Origin: an uncultured archaeon
GTDB taxonomy: Archaea; Altiarchaeota; Altiarchaeia; IMC4; QMZM01
Direction of reading: 5' to 3'
Length of the DNA: 64,000 bases
Assembly: GCA_964549685.1 (NCBI GenBank)
Contig: CAZJVE010000003.1
Coordinates: forward strand, 17,706-81,705
The notes beneath the pieces were generated by a model, which was not told the origin of the DNA, did no database searches, and was given only the letters and a program-made list of their open reading frames with translations. The translations under genes and the position numbers were made by a program. Shown in pieces: positions 7,172-14,581 of the stretch. Position 1 is the stretch's first letter. Every line of letters begins with the position of its first letter.

Positions 7172-8536
7172 ATGATGCTCTTGGGCTTGGATGTGTTGGG
7201 TCTCATCGGACTGGTGATGTTTTTTGGAGTCCTGATAGCCTCTCTTAAGGGATGGATTCCACAGGACGTACTGCCCGTGCAGTCGGCACTTGTTCTGACC
7301 GCCCTTGTGCTGGTTATTGTCGCTTTCCTCTTCGGTAAGCCAATAGGGATTAAGGATTTGATGGCGAATATCTTCCTCCATCCGATTACAGCATTAATCG
7401 GCGGTTTTCTTGTTGCGGGGGCACTGGAGGCGTCCGGGGCCTTCAAGGCTGCCATTAATCTCCTGGAGAAACTGGCGAAAACGCCGCTCGGTTTAACAGG
7501 GACTGTTGTTGTCCTGGTGAATATGCCCACAATCTTTGCGATGCCCTGTGGGAGAATTCTCGCTGCTGCATTAATGCCGGCGGCAATTCTGTTCGGCTTC
7601 ACCCTCGCAAAGGTCAAAAAGGATACGCTTCTCGCGAGCATAGTTGTCTTTGGCTTTATTGTCAATGCTGCTGCCTCCTGTGGACCCTCGCCGCTTGGAG
7701 GCATCGGGATGATTGGCGAGGGGATGGGCGGCTACCCACTTGGTTCTTTCATAAATGCTCAGCAGATAGGCATTATGTTGATAACGGCAGTTGCAATGAT
7801 ATCTGTAAGATTTGTCTATAAGATTCTTCCCAATGAGTCCATAACAGCAAAGCTCCTTGCGGAGGAGTCCGGAGAGGATGAGGGAGAGGAGAAGAATAAG
7901 GGAGAAAAGAAGGTGGAGATTCCGAAGTCCGGTTATTTTTCATTTTTCTTCTTCATGGTCGGGATTGCCATCGTGTTTATAGCAAGGCCACCGATTCCGA
8001 TACAGACAATCCTCATGTTCTTCGTGCTGGTTATAATGTTAGCCAGCAGGGTATCGATAAAGGACCTGATAGGTGGGGTGATACTGCACCCGATAATGGC
8101 CATGATATCCGGCTTTATAATTGCAGGGGCTCTTGTGGCCATCGGCAGCTTCGATGTCCTGATTCAGATTCTTATGGTCATAGCGGAAACTCCGCTTGGC
8201 TTTATAGGTGTTGTTGTCATCCTTGCGAATATCCCGACAATCCTGCCCATGCCCTGTGGAAGGATAATAGCCATGGCGTTGATGCCCGGCATACTTATGT
8301 TTGGTCTGAGGGTCAGTGAGATAACAGGGAATGTATGGATAGTTCCGCTGGTGCTGGTGGGGTTCATAATTAATGCTGCTGCCTCCTGCGGCCCTTCGCC
8401 GCTTGGAGGCATCGGCGGAATTGGCGAGGGCAACCTTGGAACGGCAATAGGAATCTCAGGACGGCCGCAGCAGGTCGGGATAATGATAGGGACAGGGACA
8501 GCGGTGCTGATAATAGGCATGGTGGGGTTTATCTAA
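7172..8536 (+). CDS. Polytopic membrane transporter with internal two-fold duplication and conserved Cys motifs (family not recognised)
   Basis: Both halves carry 'LHPI(T/M)A(L/M)I(G/S)GF', 'ETPLG / KTPLG', 'MPCGRI(L/I)A(A/M)ALMP' and 'INAAASCGPSPLGGIG'. An acidic linker 'EESGEDEGEEKNKGEKK' joins them. ATG-ATG at 7172, 1 nt after the previous stop. The track start at 7124 is TTG. Confidence 0.75.
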   Translation: MMLLGLDVLGLIGLVMFFGVLIASLKGWIPQDVLPVQSALVLTALVLVIVAFLFGKPIGIKDLMANIFLHPITALIGGFLVAGALEASGAFKAAINLLEKLAKTPLGLTGTVVVLVNMPTIFAMPCGRILAAALMPAAILFGFTLAKVKKDTLLASIVVFGFIVNAAASCGPSPLGGIGMIGEGMGGYPLGSFINAQQIGIMLITAVAMISVRFVYKILPNESITAKLLAEESGEDEGEEKNKGEKKVEIPKSGYFSFFFFMVGIAIVFIARPPIPIQTILMFFVLVIMLASRVSIKDLIGGVILHPIMAMISGFIIAGALVAIGSFDVLIQILMVIAETPLGFIGVVVILANIPTILPMPCGRIIAMALMPGILMFGLRVSEITGNVWIVPLVLVGFIINAAASCGPSPLGGIGGIGEGNLGTAIGISGRPQQVGIMIGTGTAVLIIGMVGFI

Positions 8537-8539
8537 AAA

Positions 8540-8683
8540 ATGGCATTTGAACTATTCACGATATCGATAGGGGTAGGGATCTTATCTGGAGCCATAATAA
8601 ACATCTCCCTGGGATACAAATTTTACGACAAGGGTGGTCTGCTGGGAGGCCTTGCAGTGGGCCTTATGATGGCGGTACTCTAG
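8540..8683 (+). CDS. Mini membrane protein, 47 aa (below the ORF-track cutoff)
   Basis: Hand translation: MAFELFTISIGVGILSGAIINISLGYKFYDKGGLLGGLAVGLMMAVL. Two hydrophobic, glycine-zipper-like helices. 3 nt after the transporter stop. Paralogous to the next ORF. Confidence 0.6.
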   Translation: MAFELFTISIGVGILSGAIINISLGYKFYDKGGLLGGLAVGLMMAVL

Positions 8684-8684
8684 A

Positions 8685-8840
8685 ATGGACAGTACAGAAT
8701 TAAAAGGACTCGGCCTGATGGTAGGGGCAGGAATACTGACAGGGATTATGTTCAATATAGGTATTATGAAGGACCCGTTTAACATGGGGGGAATCCTTGG
8801 TGGCTTTGTCACAGGGATTCTGATGTACATATTTTCATAA
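8685..8840 (+). CDS. Mini membrane protein, 51 aa, paralog of 8540..8683
   Basis: Hand translation: MDSTELKGLGLMVGAGILTGIMFNIGIMKDPFNMGGILGGFVTGILMYIFS. Shares the pattern G.GIL.G...NI...GG(L/I)LGG..(V/T)G..M with the preceding ORF. 1-nt and 2-nt gaps to its neighbours. Confidence 0.6.
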   Translation: MDSTELKGLGLMVGAGILTGIMFNIGIMKDPFNMGGILGGFVTGILMYIFS

Positions 8841-8842
8841 AA

Positions 8843-9322
8843 ATGGAAAAGAGACTAAGGCAATTCAACGTGGGGATGTTCATGATAGCGGCATTGATCC
8901 TGGGGGCTCTGGTCTTTACGGGCTTCATGTCGGGGCATCCATGGGCCCTGACCTGCTACCAGTGCAAGGCATGTAACCTCAAGTGCCCCTTGGGCTATGA
9001 CGTTTCACTTTTTGTGGCGGCATCGGCAACGAACAATCCCAATCTTTATATGAGCGCAACGAATCTCCAGCTCACAGTGGAAGAGGCCTATGAAACCGAC
9101 AGGAATATGCTGGTGGAGGTTGAGGGGAAAAAGATGACGGCTGAGGAGGCCCATGGAGAATTCAAACCGGACATGGTGGTCTGGGCAAGGAAGCTCAGGG
9201 TTAAGGACGCTGCGAAATTCGACCCGATAGACGGGTACTGCGACAGCCTGTGTCCAATAGGCCTGCCGGTAACCAATGCGATAAGAGACCTCAAATCGGA
9301 CGGGGAATTCAACGGAAGATAA
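8843..9322 (+). CDS. Single-pass membrane-anchored ferredoxin-like protein (one complete CxxCxxCxxxCP motif plus a CxxxCP remnant)
   Basis: N-terminus 'KRLRQ' then helix 'FNVGMFMIAALILGALVFTGF'. Motifs 'CYQCKACNLKCP' and 'CDSLCP'. HdrC/SdhB-like spacing with a helical insert between the motifs. Confidence 0.65.
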   Translation: MEKRLRQFNVGMFMIAALILGALVFTGFMSGHPWALTCYQCKACNLKCPLGYDVSLFVAASATNNPNLYMSATNLQLTVEEAYETDRNMLVEVEGKKMTAEEAHGEFKPDMVVWARKLRVKDAAKFDPIDGYCDSLCPIGLPVTNAIRDLKSDGEFNGR

Positions 9323-9325
9323 AAA

Positions 9326-9931
9326 ATGGATAAGAAGAATCTCGTAATGTTTTTGGCGATAATGGGGGTCCTGGTGGCCCTCTCCTATGTAAACATGCTC
9401 GGCGAGGGGGCTGAGTTAGTGAGAAAGGGAAAGCCGATAATCAGGGAGGCCTTCTCAGATGCCGATTATAAGATGGAAATAACCGACGGGAAGCTGTTAG
9501 TAAAATTTGCCTCATATGTTGCAAACGAGTACGAAGGCGAGTTCCTTGCAGTCTATGCCTATGACGCTGATGGAAACCACGTAATGAAGATGAAGAGGGT
9601 AGTCAATGGAAATATCGTCATAAACAAGGACGAGATTCCAAGCTTCGTGGCGAGCTTTGAAGGCAATGTGATAAAGGATATCGAAAAGGCCGAACAGTCG
9701 CTCAGGTTCCTGGAGATATTGCAGGATGCAAAAAGGGAGGGTAGAAACCTCGGGGTTGAGAGGTGCCTCATGGGCAAGAGATGCATAGCCATCTGTCCTG
9801 CAGCAGCAATAGAGGTGCTGATAAGGGATGATGAAAGCAACGGCAGAATCATCCCAGACATAGATTACGATAAATGCATCGAGGGCGGTTTATGTGCCAG
9901 CAGGTGTCCAACCGATTTGATAGTAACATAG
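9326..9931 (+). CDS. Single-pass membrane-anchored protein with C-terminal ferredoxin-like domain carrying two C-x5-C-x3-CP motifs
   Basis: Helix 'LVMFLAIMGVLVALSYV'. 'CLMGKRCIAICP' and 'CIEGGLCASRCP'. In both motifs the second Cys of the canonical CxxCxxCxxxCP is replaced by Gly. Confidence 0.65.
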   Translation: MDKKNLVMFLAIMGVLVALSYVNMLGEGAELVRKGKPIIREAFSDADYKMEITDGKLLVKFASYVANEYEGEFLAVYAYDADGNHVMKMKRVVNGNIVINKDEIPSFVASFEGNVIKDIEKAEQSLRFLEILQDAKREGRNLGVERCLMGKRCIAICPAAAIEVLIRDDESNGRIIPDIDYDKCIEGGLCASRCPTDLIVT

Positions 9932-9932
9932 G

Positions 9933-10286
9933 ATGACAAGGATAACAGAAGTAACAAGAACTGGGAAGAGGGGAAAGATTGCGGTATTCTTCCTTATAGC
10001 GGCAGTCCTGGGTCTTGGTCTCCTGCTGGTGGAAAAAGACGCCAGCAAATTCAATGCCCAGTGCCCGAGGGATTACTTCTGCGATAACAAATGCCCCGTG
10101 GATGCAATATCTCTCGACGAGCACGGGTTCCCCCAGATTGACAAGAGCGTATGCCTGTCATGGGTCCCCGAGAAAGATGAATTCGATTGGGATAAGTGCG
10201 GCCTGTGCCTGCAGGGGTGCCCTACAAGAGTCATAGATTTGCTGAACAGTGATTTTGAAGAAAGGGAAAAACACACGTTGAATTAA
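9933..10286 (+). CDS. Single-pass membrane-anchored ferredoxin-like protein with degenerate Cys motifs
   Basis: Basic N-terminus 'TRTGKRGK', helix 'IAVFFLIAAVLGLGLLLV'. 'CPRDYFCDNKCP' (central Asp replaces Cys) and 'CGLCLQGCP'. Confidence 0.6.
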   Translation: MTRITEVTRTGKRGKIAVFFLIAAVLGLGLLLVEKDASKFNAQCPRDYFCDNKCPVDAISLDEHGFPQIDKSVCLSWVPEKDEFDWDKCGLCLQGCPTRVIDLLNSDFEEREKHTLN

Positions 10287-10287
10287 G

Positions 10288-11112
10288 ATGGATGAAAAGG
10301 AGGAAAACCCAAAGAAGGAGAATAATGGGGTGAATCAGAAGAAGCTCAGGAAGGCTAGCCAGGTCCTGGTGTTGATTCTAGTCCTGGTCCTAACTTATTT
10401 GGTATACAGCGTGGCATTCTCTGTCTGCTGGCTGGACCCGATGTGGCACCTACAGGCATTGTTCGCTAACAGGTTTGATACAGGTACGGATACGTACTTC
10501 ATGGAGGGGCTGACGAGAATTTTTGTCCCTTCCGTCCTCATCCTTGGGGCCTTCGTATTCCTTGCAATACTTTTCGGTAGGATATTCTGCGGCTGGTTCT
10601 GTCCGTTTGGAACCATGCTCGATTACATAGAGGGGATAAGCCCGTTCAGAGGGAAGCTTCATTTCCCAAGAGAGCTTAAAGACCCGGGCATAAAGTATTC
10701 AATACTCATAGGTTTCCTAATCCTTTCCCTTATGACGTCGCAGGAGGCCTTCTGCGAATTCTGTCCTGCAGGCACCGTATTAAAGGGGCTTACGGGGCAT
10801 GTAATCTTCCTCTCGATTCCCGTCTTTATAGTGACCCTGTTTATCGTCCTCTTCTACGGAAGAAAGACGTGGTGCTCCTATCTCTGCCCCTTGGGGGCGT
10901 TCTTTGCACTCTTTACCAGATTCCACCTTTTCGGAATCAGAGCAAATAAGGAGGATTGCGTAAAATGCTTCATGTGCGACAAGGCATGCCCTATGGACGT
11001 CCTCGTAGTTGAGAAGTACATCCAAGAGGGTAAAAAAATAAACGACCCCGAATGCATCAAGTGCATGGATTGCGTTGATGCGTGCCCAAGAAAGATACTA
11101 AAGTTTCCGTAA
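10288..11112 (+). CDS. NapH/MauN/NosR-like integral membrane polyferredoxin
   Basis: Membrane-embedded 'CGWFCPFG' and 'WCSYLCPLG' (CxxxCP) motifs. C-terminal canonical 2x[4Fe-4S] motifs 'CVKCFMCDKACP' and 'CIKCMDCVDACP'. Confidence 0.8.
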   Translation: MDEKEENPKKENNGVNQKKLRKASQVLVLILVLVLTYLVYSVAFSVCWLDPMWHLQALFANRFDTGTDTYFMEGLTRIFVPSVLILGAFVFLAILFGRIFCGWFCPFGTMLDYIEGISPFRGKLHFPRELKDPGIKYSILIGFLILSLMTSQEAFCEFCPAGTVLKGLTGHVIFLSIPVFIVTLFIVLFYGRKTWCSYLCPLGAFFALFTRFHLFGIRANKEDCVKCFMCDKACPMDVLVVEKYIQEGKKINDPECIKCMDCVDACPRKILKFP

Positions 11113-11113
11113 A

Positions 11114-11902
11114 ATGGTAGCATACCAGTTCATAACATCGGGAATAGCATCCATGTTGATACTGACTCCGTTAGCCATGATACTGTACATGGTTCTCAGG
11201 GACAAGGGGGCTGCCGTCCTCTGCATGGAGTGTCAGCAGTGCAGGGCCGTGTGTCCCGTAATTCGGGCCCATGACAGTTATGCAGGGCCGAAGGACATAA
11301 TGGTTGCCGTAAAATCCGGTAAATACGACCTGGCCCTGCAGGGAAACGCCGAATTATGCGCCTCCTGCGCCGCATGCACGGAGCGTTGTCCGAGAAAGCT
11401 GGGAGCAGACGAGGAAACAACAGGTATAGTATCAGCAGAAATGGAGGACATATTCGGCAGGGATACGATAAAATACATGGAGGGAATCCCCAACCCAAAG
11501 ATGCAGCGAACCTATGAGGCGGTTATCAGAAGATTTGAGGGTAAGAAAACGGGCCTTCCATGGGACTGGGTAACCAAGAGTACACGGCTCAGGAAATTTT
11601 ATAATCCAATAGAGGACAAGCCGATGAAGGCCCAGATTAAGACACAGATTCCCGAGGCCGGGATGTCCCTTCTCACAGCAAAAGCAAATCTTTTCGGGGA
11701 AACTCCCCCCGAGCCGAAAGAGAGAGAAACTCCATCCGAAAGAGAGGCCGGGTTCGCAAAGCCGGATGGGGAGAAAACGTGTGAGATGGAAACGGAGAAG
11801 TCAAAACCTGCTGAACCCGTGGTGAAAGAAAAACCTGGTGAAGGGGAAGCAAAACCTGAGGAAAAATCTGAATCCAAAGAACAAAATGGCGGAGAAGTTT
11901 GA
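11114..11902 (+). CDS. HdrC-like 2x[4Fe-4S] subunit with N-terminal TM anchor and long E/K/P-rich C-terminal tail
   Basis: Helix 'ITSGIASMLILTPLAMILYMVL'. 'CMECQQCRAVCP' ... 'CASCAACTERCP' with a helical spacer, as in HdrC and SdhB C-terminal domains. Last ~90 aa are low complexity: 'PPEPKERETPSEREAG...KPGEGEAKPEEKSESKEQ'. Confidence 0.7.
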   Translation: MVAYQFITSGIASMLILTPLAMILYMVLRDKGAAVLCMECQQCRAVCPVIRAHDSYAGPKDIMVAVKSGKYDLALQGNAELCASCAACTERCPRKLGADEETTGIVSAEMEDIFGRDTIKYMEGIPNPKMQRTYEAVIRRFEGKKTGLPWDWVTKSTRLRKFYNPIEDKPMKAQIKTQIPEAGMSLLTAKANLFGETPPEPKERETPSEREAGFAKPDGEKTCEMETEKSKPAEPVVKEKPGEGEAKPEEKSESKEQNGGEV

Positions 11903-12659
11903 GATACCGGAACGGCTGATATTTTTCGAGGGATGCACGACCTCAAGGCTATTGAAGGAGATGAGACTCGCAACCTATGTAATCCTGGAGAGGGCAGTCG
12001 AGAAGGGAATCATAAAGGAGTACACGGTTCTCCCGAATGAGAGGTGCTGCGGTTATGCCTCGATGGTGATGGGGGACTTCAAGAACCAGAATAAATGCCT
12101 TATCTTCAACCTGGACCAGATGACACGGCTCGGGATAAAGGATGTGTTCTTTACATGCGGGGCATGCACTCACTTCATGGGCGACTCTCCCGAATTCAGG
12201 GCACGGGGTTTCAGGCCGATAAACATCATGGAGTTCCTGTATGCATTGATAAAGAACGGGCAGTTTGACAAGCTGATAGATAGGAAGCTCCCGAAAGGCT
12301 TCAAGATTACAGGCCATTATTCATGTCATCTGAGAAGGCTCTCAGGATTGAAGATGGATGAACTTTATAAGGAGATTGCAAACGCCCTGGGGGCAGAGTA
12401 TGTTGAGATGCCCGATGCAACGGATTGTTGCGGGGCCGGCTCGGAGGGTAAGGTGGCAATAGAGATTGCAAAGAGGAAGGTTGAGAGCGCTGACAAAACC
12501 GATGCAGATATATGCCCACTGGCCTGTGCGGGCTGCGAAGCAATTCTAAGCATAGTCTCGAAGCAGAGTAAGAGCAAAACGAAATTTACCTCGCTGTCGA
12601 CTGTAATCGCGAGTTGTATGACAGACCTTGATAAAAGGATTGAAAAACTAAATAAATAG
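11886..12659 (+). CDS. HdrB-like protein with two CCG cysteine-rich domains
   Basis: 'FFEGCTTS...ERCCGYAS...FTCGACTHF' and 'HYSCHLRR...DCCGAGSE...CPLACAGCE' match the C..CCG..CxxC pattern twice, as in the canonical HdrB at 18410..19249. ATG at 11886 (MAEKFEIP) overlaps the previous gene by 17 nt. Confidence 0.8.
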   Translation: MAEKFEIPERLIFFEGCTTSRLLKEMRLATYVILERAVEKGIIKEYTVLPNERCCGYASMVMGDFKNQNKCLIFNLDQMTRLGIKDVFFTCGACTHFMGDSPEFRARGFRPINIMEFLYALIKNGQFDKLIDRKLPKGFKITGHYSCHLRRLSGLKMDELYKEIANALGAEYVEMPDATDCCGAGSEGKVAIEIAKRKVESADKTDADICPLACAGCEAILSIVSKQSKSKTKFTSLSTVIASCMTDLDKRIEKLNK

Positions 12660-12683
12660 GCTATGATGTAAATTCATACCAAA

Positions 12684-13526
12684 GTGAAAGCTATAGAATA
12701 CCTAGTAAAGCTGATGAAAAGTCAGGAGGGCGAGTGGAAGGTAGAGGAGTTGATGACGAAGGAGGTCATAACCATAGAGCCGGAAGCCACCGTCCATGAT
12801 GCCGTTGAGAAGATGAGGAAGTATGGAATCCATGGTATCATAGTTGCAAAAGATGATGATATGCTAGGTATTGTCAGCTATTATGACATTCTTCTCCTGA
12901 TGGCAGGTAGGGAGCATGGGAAAAATGTCAGGGTGGAGGAGATAATGAATACTGACCTGATAACGGTTGATTCTGAAGAGGACATAATGGACTGCCTTGA
13001 GTTAATGCTGAAGAATCACGTCCTGAGATTGCCTGTTTTGGATAGTGGCAAATTAGTGGGGATTATAACAACTACGGATTTTGTAAACGTATTCGACAAG
13101 GGCTTTGATGGTGAGGGGTCTTTCCATGCCAAAAAAAGTCCTGAATTGGTGGCTGAGAACATAATGCATAAGCCAGTTGTAATGATAGAGCCCAACAAGA
13201 GTGTTTTTGAGGCGGCAAAGCTTATGACTGATAAGAACATCGGCTCTCTGGTTATAAACGACAACTGTAAGATTGGAATTGTTACGGAGAGTGACATCTT
13301 TAAGAGGGTCGTTGCCAAGGGCAAGGACAGCAGGAAGACAAAGGTGGGTGATGTTATGACCACCCCTTGCAAGACGGTGGGTCCAGATGCCGATATAATC
13401 GAGGCCAGCAGGATATTCCACGACAACGACATAAGGAGGCTGCCTGTTGTTGAAGACTGCAAGGTTATCGGTATAATGGCAGTCGAGGACATCATAGATA
13501 CCATATCCCTGAGGAGAAGGTTCTAA
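12684..13526 (+). CDS. CBS-domain protein (four tandem CBS motifs)
   Basis: Repeated 'LMTKEVITIEP...', 'IMNTDLITVD...', 'IMHKPVVMIEP...', 'VMTTPCKTVGP...' units with 'RLPV(L/V)' ends. The start at 12684 is GTG. An alternative ATG at 12714 is possible. Confidence 0.85.
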   Translation: MKAIEYLVKLMKSQEGEWKVEELMTKEVITIEPEATVHDAVEKMRKYGIHGIIVAKDDDMLGIVSYYDILLLMAGREHGKNVRVEEIMNTDLITVDSEEDIMDCLELMLKNHVLRLPVLDSGKLVGIITTTDFVNVFDKGFDGEGSFHAKKSPELVAENIMHKPVVMIEPNKSVFEAAKLMTDKNIGSLVINDNCKIGIVTESDIFKRVVAKGKDSRKTKVGDVMTTPCKTVGPDADIIEASRIFHDNDIRRLPVVEDCKVIGIMAVEDIIDTISLRRRF

Positions 13527-13528
13527 AT

Positions 13529-14272
13529 ATGCTCGAGACACTGTTTGAATTTCTGGGGTATGTAACCGAGAATGCCACGTCTTCCGTAACCTGGAGCTTC
13601 GTTGCAGGCTTCCTCTTCGGCCTGACATGCATCCAGTGCGTTCTTCCGATAGCGATTTACGGGGCCAAGGAGAAAAGCGGTAGAAAGGCCCTTCTCTTCG
13701 GGATTCTCTTCAATCTGCCCAGGATGCTCGTCTTTGTAGTTCTGGCAATTCTTGCGGCTGTCTCGATAGGAACAATCCAGAGTCTGGAGTCGACTTCCCC
13801 TACGCTCTTTGCTGCCACATGGGTAGTAACCGGTCTTGTCCTCATCATATTCGCCGCGGAGCTCTTTGGTTTATTCAATATCGACAGGGTTATCGGTGAT
13901 AAGCTGGTTAATATGATGATGCCCCTGTTCAGGCAGAACTTCGAGTCCCACTCCCTCGGAGCGATTATTAGAGGGACTATGTTCAGCATCGCATGCGCCC
14001 TGGAATCCTCGCTGATACTTCTGGGCATATGGGGAATGGCCGTCCTCTCAACAGACAGTCTCTTTGCATTTCTTGCAGTTATGGCCTTTGGTCTGGGGAA
14101 TATAACGTCCACGAGCCTTGCTGCTGCCTTCATGGGCTCGTCCACAAACCTCCTAGAGAACACGACAAAAATTAAAGTAAGAAAGTACGCGGCCTATACA
14201 GGGAGCATAATAATCCTCTATCTCGGGCTGCAGTATCTGATTCTCGGCTCCCTTAGGCTTGGGATTCTGTAG
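13529..14272 (+). CDS. CcdA/DsbD-like six-TM thiol:disulfide electron-transfer membrane protein (putative)
   Basis: About six hydrophobic segments. Cys in TM1 ('LTCIQCVLPIAIYG') and in TM4 ('MFSIACALESS'), the arrangement known from the CcdA/DsbD transmembrane domain. Family assignment made by eye only. Confidence 0.5.
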   Translation: MLETLFEFLGYVTENATSSVTWSFVAGFLFGLTCIQCVLPIAIYGAKEKSGRKALLFGILFNLPRMLVFVVLAILAAVSIGTIQSLESTSPTLFAATWVVTGLVLIIFAAELFGLFNIDRVIGDKLVNMMMPLFRQNFESHSLGAIIRGTMFSIACALESSLILLGIWGMAVLSTDSLFAFLAVMAFGLGNITSTSLAAAFMGSSTNLLENTTKIKVRKYAAYTGSIIILYLGLQYLILGSLRLGIL

Positions 14273-14302
14273 ATTGGTAAAAAAATAAGAAGAAAAAATA
14301 AT

Positions 14303-14479
14303 TTATTCTTCAGCCTCGTCAGGAACGACTAATGAGAGATTAACTCCCTTTATCTCGCCGCTTACAAACCTTGCAAGGGTCTGTATCGAGCCGGTATAGA
14401 ACATATCACCAACCCTGACGGTAAAGCCGTTGCCGGACTTTGTCTGGTTAATCCAGACATCTGACTTTTCTAAAGACAT
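14303..14479 (-). CDS. Small hypothetical protein, 58 aa (below the ORF-track cutoff)
   Basis: Hand translation: MSLEKSDVWINQTKSGNGFTVRVGDMFYTGSIQTLARFVSGEIKGVNLSLVVPDEAEE. Strong SD GAGGTGG 5 nt upstream of the ATG. No family recognised. Confidence 0.5.
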   Translation of the reverse strand: MSLEKSDVWINQTKSGNGFTVRVGDMFYTGSIQTLARFVSGEIKGVNLSLVVPDEAEE

Positions 14480-14581
14480 ATTACCACCTCATTATCTAAT
14501 GGGTGTGGCCCTTATTATACAAATTCTGCGTTTATTTCGTATATTTAATGATTTTAATGCTGATTTCCAAGTATAGGTAGT

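Noticed and set aside
7162-7704. 180-aa minus-strand ORF (and 8164..8520)
   Set aside because: Antisense to the duplicated transporter. Both antisense ORFs mirror each other ('MPPSGEGPQEAAAL') only because the sense gene is internally duplicated.
13053-13628. 191-aa and 162-aa minus-strand ORFs
   Set aside because: Antisense to the CBS-domain gene and the start of the CcdA-like gene. No motifs.
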